From the NCBI RefSeq assembly GCF_001194135.2, contig NC_068983.1:66112009-66176008 (forward strand): DNA of 64,000 bases. The letters run 5' to 3'. The stretch comes from Octopus bimaculoides (Eukaryota). The position numbers were made by a program, and so were the translations under genes. Of the stretch, positions 12,199-24,320 are shown one piece after another (the stretch's first letter is position 1; each line of letters starts with the position of its first letter). The notes under the pieces were generated by a model, which did not search any database, was not told where the DNA came from, and saw only the letters and a list, made by a program, of their open reading frames with translations.

Positions 12199-12429
12199 TA
12201 TAGTTCACCAAAATGTGTATATTGTTAAAAACACTTAAGCAACTCAGTCATCTTAGGTGTATATAGGTATTATAGAATGATATAGTTTACTGCTTTGTGT
12301 TCATGGCCAAGACATTTAAATCTCATCTCCTTTGTCCACTTTAGTTCATAGCTACCATAAGGTATTACAGTTAACTATTGTAACAGCAAAGCCATAAAAT
12401 TGATCGTGAACCAAAAACTGTATGGATAC

Positions 12430-12905
12430 TGATAAGCACTTGTATATGCATGATCGCAAATACAAATGGATGAAGTGAGATTCTGTTGCCGGACCTCTGG
12501 ATTAATGTTACTCAACAGGGTTCGTGGTTTAGAGGATAGGACGTCTCTCTAGGTCAAGCCACTACACCAGCACATTGAGAGGCCACAGCTTCAGTACTAC
12601 AGATATGTAATTAGAATGTCATAGGAAAGAACCACAATACATAATCTTCAAGCTGAGCCAGCCAGCAGGAGACTTAGTGGTAGACCAAAAATGAGATGGT
12701 TGAATAATATCCATGATCTCGGTTGATCATACTTGTGAATTCATCCAGAAAATCTCAATTGGTCACATTTGTGAATCCATCTAGAAAGTCTAATGATGGT
12801 TGTTGTTGATAGGACCCTATGAACGAAGTGTCTGAGGATTCAACTCCTGTGATCCTCCTAGGAATAGTGGGTGGAGAAGATACATGGATGGATGGACGGA
12901 TAGAG
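12430..12905 (+). mobile_element. Decayed 3' end of a second RTE family
   Basis: Translates as ...HIERPQLQYYRYVIRMS*ER...SGRPKMRWLNNIHDL (RTE QLRW.GHV.RM...GRP..RW motif); ends in a (TGGA)n-like tail. Confidence 0.7.
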
Positions 12906-14009
12906 AACCATAACAGTCATGCTCTTGCCTCTAATACTCAGACATCATCACGAAGGTAGATCTAGTGGTCTTTTAGGACAAAGTTATCTGCTAAAAATAG
13001 CAGCTAAATCTCAAATTATAGCCTAATATCTGACAAAACAAAAGACATTGGATAATGCAGTCATAGATAACTTATGTCTGAAACATCATTGATCATGACT
13101 TTACTCAATATGTGATGACCAGCTGCTAAACAACACCACCATCAGCAACTTGACAGAAAACCCACACAGAATAATGGTTTTTGTTGACTAGTCTAAATGT
13201 CCATGTGCAAACGGAAAAGGAGAAAATGTAGTTGCATCATTTCTCAAGAGTATAAACATGTACAGATGAAGTGAAATGGCTTCTACAAAGAACTAAAAAC
13301 CCATTTTGAATTGGACATGCTGGCAGCTTACCACTTGTTCTGTAAAATACTGGTTTTATTTGATTAAGAACAAAGTTTCTGCATTTTAACAGAAGCTAAA
13401 AGTAGAAATTAGTTCTGCTCACACCACAATAGTTTTTTTTTTTTTTTTTTTTTTTTTTTTCTTTTACTCCACTAACTCAGCAATTTATATATTTCCTATG
13501 TTATAGAAATTACAACAAGTATGCCATTTCTGTATAGACTTAAGAGTGCAGAAAAATAGCCAATACAGAGTGTGCATCAGAGTTGATAAAATTGTGTTGG
13601 AGATGACTATTACAGGAACCTTGAGAAGCAGCATGCAATCTAAGCAAGCATTTTGGTGGAAGAGTTAATAGCTTCCTTGGCTTAATATCACCAGCCTACT
13701 AATGGGTACACTTAGGCAGAATCTACTGAGGTGCAAGCAATTGAGCCATATCCCCACTCAGAGGATTATTTACCCCCACTAGTTTCAGAGGCACTAAAGA
13801 AGGGGCATGGACACTAACCATTTTTCTCTAAACAGAAAAAAAAAGAATAAATATAATAAATAAGAAAGAACTTAACTCAGGCGTGATTAGTGGATTTTGC
13901 TTTCATGATCAGTAACATCACTTTCACCTGGGTTATCAAGAGCAATAACTAGTGATGTGTGACAGAAGATGAAGAACTAAATAGATTTAAAAATTAAATC
14001 TGCAATCTT

Positions 14010-14438
14010 GGCTCTTGTGCGGGTGACACAAGAAATTTTTCGAGCGAGACCGTTGCCAGTGCCCTTGGACTGGCTCTTGTGCGGGGCCGTTGTAGGATTT
14101 TCGAGCGAGATCGTTGCTGGCCCCCCTGGACTGGCTCATGTGCGGGCGACACACGAAATCTTTTTTTTTTTTTTTTTTTGTGCGGGTGGCACATGAAATG
14201 CACCATTTTGAGCGTGGCCGTTGCCAGTACCGCCTGACTGGCCTTCGTGCGGGTGACACGTAAAAGCACCCACTACACTCTCTGAGTGGTTGGCGTTAGG
14301 AAGGGCATCCAGCTGTAGAAACTCTGCCAGATCAGATTGGAGCCTGGTGTAGCAATCTGGTTTCACCAGTCCTCAGTCAAATCGTCCAACCCATGCTAGC
14401 ATGGAAAGCGGACGTTAAACGACGACGACAACGACGAA
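14010..14438 (+). mobile_element. Young RTE 3'-UTR copy with internal ~61-bp tandem units
   Basis: CpG-rich; ends catggaaagcggacgttaaacgacgacgac; GTGCGGG-anchored units at 14017, 14079, 14140, 14180, 14247. Confidence 0.85.
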
Positions 14439-14821
14439 TCCCTGAATAGAGAAAGAAACTCTAAATGAAAAAGGGATTGTTTATTTACTTCTACTTTTCT
14501 CCATTCAGTGATGTTGGAAGTCAATGTTTTACATCACTGATTGGCAGGATTTGTGAGGTTGCCTTTGTGGGGGAATGAGACATGGTATAATGTATTTCCA
14601 AAGCCCAAGATACATCTTGCTTGAAAGAGAAGCATTGAAGAATTTGGTAAGGACATAAATTAACTCTGGAATTAATAAATGAGGCTAATATATTTGAACA
14701 TCACAGGGAATGGTCTTTATGTTGAATATGAGTAACTAGAGAAGTTTTCCATTTCATGACTATGTTCACAAGGGGAGGAGATGTACAATACAGGATATTT
14801 TGTGGTTGTTGTTACTGTTGA

Positions 14822-14921
14822 TGCGTGTGTGTGTTTGTGTGTGTGTGTGTGTGTATGTCTGTGTATCTGTGTGTTCGTATGTGCCTCTGTATGTGTGTGT
14901 GTTTGTATGTGTGTGTGTGTT

Positions 14922-14986
<65 letters not shown>
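14822..14986. repeat. (GT)n microsatellite
   Basis: Visible array. Confidence 0.95.
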
Positions 14987-14991
<5 letters not shown>

Positions 14992-16169
14992 GGTTTTGCA
15001 AAAAAATAGGCAGTCTGTATGGCGATTTTATTCACAGAAATGCTACTTACAGAATTATTTCTGTGTAGGAGTGGTAAATAGGAGAATTGTATGAAGTTAG
15101 TGAGTGGACCAGAAAGGTCAGTGGCAATGCTGGAAGAGAGCTTGCAATGGAGAAAAAAAAAAAAACTAAAAAAAAAACCATAATTTACTTTCTTGATAGA
15201 CATTTTGCAAGTGCTGCAGTGTTGTGTAAAAACCTCCCATTTGGAGATGGTGGGTGACTTATCTTAATATAACAAAGTGAGAATATCATAAAATACAAAC
15301 TTGCAGTGGTATTAAATCGGATGTAACATATGTGAAGTAGAAATGGAAACTACTATCAACCAAGTAGTCTGAAGAAAGAATTATCTGCTTTGCTCCAATG
15401 GTACAATAAAGAAACTGAATCAATAATGTTTGAAGATATGACCGTGTATCCACTAATCCAGCCTCTTAGCCATTATATGTCTTACATAAACCATGAGATT
15501 TAAAAAGAAATATGGAAGTGATAAATAAAATTGGCAATAAAACCTATTGAATGCGAATGAAAATTTCAGTAAGGAGAGATATTAAAGAAGACCAAACAAA
15601 AGGTAAATTAAAAGAAAAAGAAAATGAGAAATAAAATTGATAATTGTGAAAAAAGATAATGTTCACCATGAGAATATATTTTGGAATAGCAGGGTTCAAG
15701 AAACAAGTAAAAGTAATATAAAAGGTTAATTATAAGATAGTATACAATCAATACTAGGTAGATAAACTAAAGGAACTGACTTTAACAAAAACAAAAAAAA
15801 AACAAAAATGAGCTTAAAAGCTTTGCTTGAATGGAATAAGAGAGATATATTTATCCCTTTACTATCTACTTATATCTACCTATATACCTAGCTATATATA
15901 TATGTGTGTGTGTGTGTGTATGAGTGCAAGTATGTGTATCATTGTATATATGTTTATGTGAGGGGGTGTATAGGTGTATATGTGAGTATGTGAGTGGGAG
16001 GTATATATGTGTTTGTGGTGCCTGTGTGAGAACTACAATGCTGCAATAATGAGAGAGCCACATTTCACTACCTTGCATTTTAGTTCTCGTACAAGTAACT
16101 CACATAAAGCTTGTGTGCATATGTGTGTACATTTGTGCATGTGTTTGTGCATGTGAAAGACATAAAACA

Positions 16170-16295
16170 AATCTACTCATAAGGCTTTGGTTGGCTTGGG
16201 ACAATACCAGAAGACAGTTGTCCAAGGTGCAGTGCCATGCAGTGGGCAAAATCCATGCACTTGAGAAGTGAACTTCTTAACCTCACAGCCATGCT
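16170..16295 (-). mobile_element. SINE family 1 5' fragment
   Basis: Reverse-complement homology to head and core of the 62424 copy. Confidence 0.65.
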
Positions 16296-16685
16296 TGCAC
16301 CTATATACATATATATGTATGTGTGTGTGTGTGTGTTTGTAAATACACACATACATATATACAAACACACACACACACGCACACATGTGTATGTGTGTAC
16401 AAAACAAAGATATATCTACATATATAAATGGACACTCATAAATGTATACATATTCATATATATGCAATTATATATATGCATAAATCTGCGTGTAAATGGT
16501 GTGTTATGTGCACGTGCATGTACATACATTCATATTTGTGTGTGTATGCAGAGAAGAGAAAGCTTTTATAAAAATCTCTTCTGTTAAATGGTTGAAAATA
16601 TATAGAAAAGGAAAAAAAGAGACACATACACACACTTATGTATATGTGTATATAATATATAACATATACACACATCCACATATGC

Positions 16686-16716
<31 letters not shown>

Positions 16717-18371
16717 TGGAGAAAGAGGGAGAGAGGGGGAGAGAGAGGGAGAGCAACAAGACAGAAGAAAGATGGAGGTGGTGATGAATTGGATAGTTTT
16801 GACAAAAATTGGAGAATGGGCACCTAAAGCTAAAAGAAACGGGGAGAGAACAGGGAAAGCAATAACAGATTTGATTCATTGATATATTTTGAGTGAGTGG
16901 AGAAATTTAAAAAATGGATGAAGAAAAAAAAAATGAAAATATAACAGAAACACTGAATGAACAGAAAGTTTTAATACTTTATGTATCACCCTACAAAAAA
17001 TAAATTGTCTTTAAGTATCTTGAATCTTTATAATCAGATTTTACTTTATGATTTTGTTTTTTTCATATATCTGAGTTATTTAGGTTTTTTTTTTTTTTTT
17101 TAGTGTTGTTGTTGGACAGCAGAAATCTATGTCTCGAAGGAACTAGTATTAATGACCTAATAACATATTTTTAACTAAACTTGATTATATGACTAACAGA
17201 CCTTTCAAGGAAAGCAGACTTACAGGAATCAAATCATAGCTTTTCAAACATAATTACCATTTTTTCATACAATCATTTGCAAAATAATTTCACTGATATT
17301 CTTGTATTTTCTACATTCATTTGATCATTTTAACTTAATTTGTTCTGAAATTCTCTGTGGAGACTTTCAGTTTCCTTGTTGTAAACATCAATGTTATTTG
17401 AATGTATGCTAGTATATCTAAGGCATCTGATGGAACATAGTAAATAATGATTAATATGTGTAGAGTAACATGGCAATTCAAAACTTGTGACAGAACTATT
17501 TACTCTTACGATTATTGTTTAGTTTTGCATATTAATAATAAATACTTTTTAAACAAGGCAATGATTTTTCTTTGCCCTTTTCTTTATAATGAGAAAAGTA
17601 TTAAAAGTTTAGACTTATATGAGCAAAATATAACAACTTGAATTCTTTGGACTATTAACTCTGTCTTTTGTATGTTTGTCTGCAACATTGCTATGTTTCA
17701 ATCAATTAAGTCTTTAATCATCATCAGGAGCAATACATGCATGTCCCTTGTGTAGGTTTGAACATAAAAACCATTACTTTCTGTTGTAGGATTCCTATAC
17801 ACCAATCAGATGGGACTAAAGTCAAACAAATATACGAAGTTGAGGTTGACTGTTCAAAGAAAAGTCAGTTGTTATTGTAATAACCTCAGTAAATATTTCA
17901 TAAATAGCATAGCTATTTATATGGGAAATCTTCGATACAATTTTTCCAAAAAGCATAAAAATGTTGAATATATATTGTTTTATCATGCCAATGCCCCAAT
18001 ATGAGCAAAGACAAATGGCTAAAACAGGTAAAAGAGAGACAGTGCTTTAAATTTTCATGGGATATCAAATGGGAAATTGACACTTTCAAGATCGTTGCCA
18101 ATGTAAGTGAAGTAATTCTGTCTAAAAATTTGAAAAATACATGTGGCTCAGTAACCAATCACATAGTGTTCTGATATGATCTACCTAAAGGCAAAAGGGG
18201 AGTAGAAGTTGTGATGCTGATGACTTTTTCAAATCTAATAATAATGTTGTCGAAAGGATGAGATTGTGAAAAAGACTGAAATTTAACAGCAGATTTTTAC
18301 TGGCTCAGATATCATACCTATGTTAGAAGTCATTACGCTTTATTTTATTTCTATCATTTTCTCTTTTATTA

Positions 18372-18585
18372 TGGTGAGCTGGCAGAATCATTAGCACACC
18401 ACACAAAATGTTTAGTGGCATTTCATCCATCCTTATGTTCTAAGTTCAAATTCTGATGGGGGAAACTTTGCCTTTCATCCTTTCAGGATCAATGAAGTAA
18501 GTACCAGTTGAGTACTGGGGTCAATGCAATCGACAAACCCCCTCCTCCAAAATTTCAGGCCTTTTGCCTGTAGTAGAAAGGATTA
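18372..18585 (+). mobile_element. SINE family 2
   Basis: ggtgagctggcagaatcattagcac...ctttgcctttcatcctttcagg...aagtaccagttgag. Confidence 0.8.
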
Positions 18586-18659
18586 TTTAATCCCAATACT
18601 GTCTACCTGCATGACCACTGCAAGTATACTCCACCTACAGAGTCTATGTCTACCTCTCA

Positions 18660-19030
18660 TCAATTAGGTTGGAAAATTCCTGTCAAACTGCAACCCTAAA
18701 ATATGTGATAATAGATCATTGTTCACTCTAGTCTACACCAAGGTTTGAAAATATAACTCCTGGAGTACACCAAGGTTCAGAATTGTGACCTATATTCTTA
18801 TTTTTGAACATTAATGATTCTTCTTACTGTCATTTCTAACAACACATATATGCAGATGATTAGTATGTTTCACTACTCAACAATTTTCCACATGCACACA
18901 AAACACTTTGCATCAGACATGTACTGAATCTATAAGCAGACATTTTGGCAGCATTTTATCAAGTAATGCTAGGCCTGTGTATTAATTTAGCAGCAACAAT
19001 GTCCTGCCCTCAAGGCTAGAAGAGAATCTT
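18660..19030 (+). mobile_element. Decayed non-LTR reverse-transcriptase fragment
   Basis: One frame reads GVHQGSEL*PIFLFLNIND...IYADD...LGLCINLAAT (QG, YADD and L.IN motifs) with stops. Confidence 0.65.
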
Positions 19031-19872
19031 ACAATTTACAATGATGATGATCAACCTTGGTTTATAGAATCTGAATTTAACTATTTCAATTTGAATTGGA
19101 AACATAAAATCTCCTCTAGAAAGAGGACTAAAAGTATTCAATTATGGACAGACATATATGATATATATGCATACACATACATACATATGTACATGCATAC
19201 ATAGATACACATGTACATACATATATATGGGTGTATATATATATATATATATATNNNNNNNNNNNNNNNNNNNNNNNNNNNNNNNNNNNNNNNNNNNNNN
19301 NNNNNNNNNNNNNNNNNNNNNNNNNNNNNNNNNNNNNNNNNNNNNNNNNNNNNNNNNNNNNNNNNNNNNNNNNNNNNNNNNNNNNNNNNNNNNNNNNNNN
19401 NNNNNNNNNNNNNNNNNNNNNNNNNNNNNNNNNNNNNNNNNNNNNNNNNNNNNNNNNNNNNNNNNNNNNNNNNNNNNNNNNNNNNNNNNNNNNNNNNNNN
19501 NNNNNNNNNNNNNNNNNNNNNNNNNNNNNNNNNNNNNNNNNNNNNNNNNNNNNNNNNNNNNNNNNNNNNNNNNNNNNNNNNNNNNNNNNNNNNNNNNNNN
19601 NNNNNNNNNNNNNNNNNNNNNNNNNNNNNNNNNNNNNNNNNNNNNNNNNNNNNNNNNNNNNNNNNNNNNNNNNNNNNNNNNNNNNNNNNNNNNNNNNNNN
19701 NNNNNNNNNNNNNNNNNNNNNNNNNNNNNNNNNNNNNNNNNNNNNNNNNNNNNNNNNNNNNNNNNNNNNNNNNNNNNNNNNNNNNNNNNNNNNNNNNNNN
19801 NNNNNNNNNNNNNNNNNNNNNNNNNNNNNNNNNNNNNNNNNNNNNNNNNNNNNNNNNNNNNNNNNNNNNNNN

Positions 19873-19920
<48 letters not shown>

Positions 19921-19974
19921 TAAATGGATGAGTGAATTTTCCTTTCTTTACAGTTAACACGGAAAATTCAATAA

Positions 19975-20135
19975 ACAGTTACCAGGGTAGCAAAATTCAC
20001 GCAAGTAACAAGGATGTAGCAACCTGTTCAAAGGCAGAAACTCTGGGTTAATGTACAGTAGGTTGTATAGTACAAATAAATGGAGTTAAATGCAGGTGTT
20101 ATTCAAATTCTTTTACTTCCAACATATGTTTTGAA
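19975..20135. repeat. Single arm of the repeat that forms the 6772-6977 palindrome
   Basis: agttaccagggtagcaaa and atggagttaaa..caggtgttattcaaat are shared with 6710-6820. Confidence 0.65.
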
Positions 20136-20146
20136 GACAACATTGG

Positions 20147-21063
20147 TATCATCATCATCATTTAACGTCCGCTTTCCATGCTAGCATGGGTTGAACGATT
20201 TCACTGAGAACTGGCGAACCAGATGGCTACACCAACCTCCAATCTGACCTGGCAGAGTTTCTACAGCTGGATGCCCTTCCTAATGCCAACCACTCCGAGA
20301 GTGTAGTGGGTGCTTTTTACGTGCCACCTGCACAGGAGTCAGACCAATGTTTTGTTCACATGCTACCGGCACAAGTAAGGCAAAGCTGGAAACAATCGCA
20401 CTCAAATGGTGCTTTTTACACTGGGTACATCTTATAGAGTTTCTACCTACGCCTTTTCTACAGATCGAACAGGGCCATCTACCTGAAGGGGTTTGTGGTT
20501 TGTCTACCTTCCTACTTATTAGGACTTTGGTTTTAGCTAGGTTGACTCTAAGGTCCTTCAATTCTAATGCTTGCTTCCACACCTGAAACTTCTCCTCTAG
20601 TTCTGATAGTGACTCAGCAATTAGAGCAAGGTCATCAGCATAGAGGAGCTCCCAGGGGCAACCTGTCTTGAATTCCTGTGTTATTGCCTGGAGGACTATG
20701 ATAAATAGGAGGGGGCTGAGGACTAAGCCTTGGTGGACCCCTACCTCTACCCGGAATTCTTCACTGTACTCGTTGCCNNNNNNNNNNNNNNNNNNNNNNN
20801 NNNNNNNNNNNNNNNNNNNNNNNNNNNNNNNNNNNNNNNNNNNNNNNNNNNNNNNNNNNNNNNNNNNNNNNNNNNNNNNNNNNNNNNNNNNNNNNNNNNN
20901 NNNNNNNNNNNNNNNNNNNNNNNNNNNNNNNNNNNNNNNNNNNNNNNNNNNNNNNNNNNNNNNNNNNNNNNNNNNNNNNNNNNNNNNNNNNNNNAAACCA
21001 GGTACAGAGGTTTATCTTTGGCTAGGTATTTCTCCTGCAGCTCTCTTACCAGAAATATAGCAT

Positions 21064-21070
<7 letters not shown>
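20147..21070 (-). mobile_element. RTE LINE, 5'-truncated and internally deleted (RT core plus 3' UTR)
   Basis: Minus strand: NAIFLVRELQEKYLAKDKPLYL ... VGVHQGLVLSPLLFIIVLQAI...WELLYADDLAL...LRVNLAKTKV...CSICRKGVGRNSIRCTQCK, joined directly to the 3' UTR and (GAT)n tail. Confidence 0.92.
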
Positions 21071-21119
<49 letters not shown>

Positions 21120-21708
21120 AATGCCAAAGAATGAAGTTAACAAATTATTTTGATTTATCTTGTACAATTGTTTCATCATTATTGAATCTAACCAATCTTG
21201 CATCATGGTGTAACCATGTCAGCAATTACTGATTAATTTCTGTGTATTGTGGAGGATTTCTGTTAAAGCCCTTGGTGGAAATGTTTCTTCAGAACTTTGT
21301 GAAAAATAATATGCAGAATTGATTCTGCTACTTCCCAAATAAATACATTCCTACAATTCCAAATTAGGCAGTTCTATGTAAACAAAGGAGTACAGGAAAT
21401 CAAATAGATAGATTAGTTCCATTCCATGTTGACAATTTTGCATGTTGTTATAAAACAATATTCTGTTCTGTTACCGATCATAAATACAGATGTCCTGGCC
21501 ATTATAGGCTAGAATCAGACACTGCTGACAAATTTTCATTGAACCCAATGACATAGAAAATTCATCCAATAAACCAATTATCCACATCCATTTACACACA
21601 CATACATTTTTTATACACATGCAGAAAAAGTAAATTGTGATTGTCACACAAACACACCCACCTCCACACACACACACACTTATATCTCTATTTATTTGTC
21701 TGTCTGTC

Positions 21709-21768
<60 letters not shown>

Positions 21769-21779
21769 CACACAGACAG

Positions 21780-21810
<31 letters not shown>

Positions 21811-21829
21811 CATATGTGCAGGTGTCTCT

Positions 21830-22632
21830 ATGTGATAAAAGCTTACTTCCTAACCACGTGATTCTAGGTTCAGTCACATTTAAGAAAGTATCTTCTACTA
21901 TAGCCCTAGTCCAACCAAAGCCTTACGAGTAGATTTGATTGAGGAAAATGGAAAGAAGCCTGTCATCATCATCATCATCATCATCATCATCGTTTAACGT
22001 CCGCTTTCCATGCTAGCATGGGTTGGACGATTTGACTGAGGACTGGTGAACTAGATGGCTGCACCAGGCTCCAATCTGATTTGGCAGAGTTTCTACAGCT
22101 GGATGCCCTTCCTAATGCCAACCACTCCAAGAGTGTAGTGGGTGCTTTTATGTGCCACCAGCACGAAGGCCAATCAGGAGGTACTGGCAACGGCCATGCT
22201 CAAAATGGTGTATTTTACATGCCACCCGCACAGGAGCCAGTCCAGTGGAACTGGCAACGATCTTGCCCGAATGTCTTTACATGCGTCAGGAAGGCAACAC
22301 TGGGCACAGGTGCCATCATGATTTCCCTTTCGCTTGCCTCAACAGGTGTTCGCAAACCGAGTTTAGTGTCCAATATATATATATATATATGCATATCTCT
22401 ATGTGTATGTGTGTGTGTACTTGTGTGAGTGTTTATCTTCCATCACTACTTGATAGTTGGTGGTGTTGGTATGATTATGTCCCTGTGACTTTGCAGTTCT
22501 GCAAAAGCGACTGGTAAAATAAGTACCGAGCTTAAAAACAATAAGTTACTGAAGTCAATTTGTTTGGCCAAACCCTTCAAGGCAACACTTCAATATGACT
22601 GCAGTAGAACTCAAGCAAGTAAAAGGTAAAAG
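21830..22632 (+). mobile_element. SINE family 1 interrupted by an RTE 3' fragment
   Basis: Head and core at 21830-21963 resume at ~22371 with the microsatellite and 3' half, ending caagtaaaaggtaaaaga. Confidence 0.75.
21964..22370 (-). mobile_element. RTE 3'-UTR copy nested in SINE 1
   Basis: (CAT)n then cgtttaacgtccgctttccatgctagc...; homologous to 14010-14438. Confidence 0.85.
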
Positions 22633-22799
22633 ATGTATATATGTGTGTAAGTGTATAAGTGTGTGTGTGTGTGCGTGTGTGGTTAAGAAGTCCACTTCCC
22701 AACCACATGATGAGCCAGTGTCATATAAGTGGATAACTTATTTTCAGTACTATATTTTTTTGTATTAGTTTACAGCTAGCTGTTCTGCTTTACAAGGGT

Positions 22800-23310
22800 T
22801 TTGATAATGTGTTCATCTATTCCATATTTACCATGCATTTGATTCGTGTAATACAATTTCTTCATGATTTGTGTATTTTCAATAGTTGTAATGTCTTATG
22901 CATTTATTGCATCGTAGCTGTGCCTATATTGTTCAATGGCTTCTTTTATTAGCTTGCTAGAATACCTATTGTTGATTAATGTTTGCTTTATGGTGTGGAT
23001 TTCATTATCTTGTGTTTTGCTTTTAGCAGAAAATCTAAATCCTCCTCTAACAAGGGACTTCACCACTGACATTTTATATGTATATGAACATTTACTGTCT
23101 CTATGTCAGCATATGAATTTACTCAAGTCTTTGGTGTAAACGAACATAATGCATTTGTTATTTGCTATCTGAATGTTTATGTCTAGAAATGGAGTCATTA
23201 TGTTGCTGCAAATTTTATCTGCATTTTTCTAGTGTTGTATTTTGGTGCAGAGTTGTTTTCAAGGTCTTCCTTTAATTATTTGATAATTGCACTACACTAC
23301 ATGACACAAA
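22800..23310 (-). mobile_element. Penelope-like RT C-terminal fragment
   Basis: Minus strand reads FLDINI...VYTK...YKMSVVKSLV...EIHTIKQTLINNRY...KLYYTNQMH. Confidence 0.65.
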
Positions 23311-23454
23311 ACAAAACTAAATAATAAAATATTGAATGACAGTACATCTACATTACATGGAATTCTCCCCAGAAATAAATGTTTAATAATAGAAACAATA
23401 TTCATAACAATACACAATGTTTAACTAAACGCAAATAAATTCACAAACAATATA

Positions 23455-24136
23455 TTGGGTCATCCCATAAATAATGCGTGTTTTACAATTGCATGGACTA
23501 AAAGTTGGAGGGGGACTGTATAAACTACCTGCATCAACTTGCTAGAAAAGCAGGCAGTAATTTTACCTTGTACTTATTCTTAGCACAAGTTTTGAAGAGT
23601 GCAGTTCAATTTTAACAGTTATTTTTTCAAAGCTATAATGGAAGTAACAAAGGAACATATTCAGCATATTTTGCTTTATGAGTTCAATAAAGGCAACAAT
23701 GCAATGGAAAGTGCAAAGAATATTAATGCAGTATTTGGAGACAATACGCTTAAGCCAGTGTCAACAGTGGTTCCAGAAATTTTGAGCCAGAAACTACAGT
23801 TTAGAAGATCTCAATGAGGACATCCTACAAACTCTGGTGGAACAAAATTCTATCGTAACTGCTGAGGAATTAGCAGAGAAGCTTGATTTGGTTATTCAAC
23901 CATTCATCGACACTTGCATGCCATCAGAAAAGTCAGCAAATTGGGTCAATGGGTTCCTCACAAACTTTCAGAGTCTAATCACACGCAGAGTGAATGTGTG
24001 CTCTTTTTTGCGGTCATGTCTCACGAATGAACCTTTTTTGGACCAAATAGTGACTGGTGGTGAGAAATAAGTTCTCTATAAAAATGTCAAGCACCAAAGA
24101 CAGTGGGTAGGGAAAGGAGAAACATCAGCACCCCAG
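23455..24136 (+). mobile_element. Mariner family A, 5' half
   Basis: TA then TIR ttgggtcatcccataaataatgc; MEVTKEHIQHILLYEFNKGNNA...FLDQIVTGGEK; ends abruptly in a microsatellite. Confidence 0.88.
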
Positions 24137-24320
24137 AAAGCAGCAACGGCTGCGGCGGTGGTGGTCTTGATATGATAAAGATGATGATGATGATGATGAG
24201 GAGGAGGAGGAGGAGGAGGAGGAGGAGGATGATGATGATGATGGTGGTGGTGGTGATGATCTTGATGATGATAATATTGATGGTGTTGAGGATGAGGAGG
24301 AGGAAGTGGAGGTGGAGTGA
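24137..24320. repeat. Compound (GAT)/(GAG)/(GGT) microsatellite
   Basis: Visible arrays; explains the poly-H/P/R/S ORFs. Confidence 0.9.

Noticed and set aside
14017-14260. CRISPR-like repeat array
   Set aside because: Units are contiguous degenerate tandem repeats without unique spacers, inside a eukaryotic LINE UTR; no cas genes
17810-18004. Mariner-like FYHANAP motif
   Set aside because: Single short motif with no TIRs or neighbouring transposase motifs
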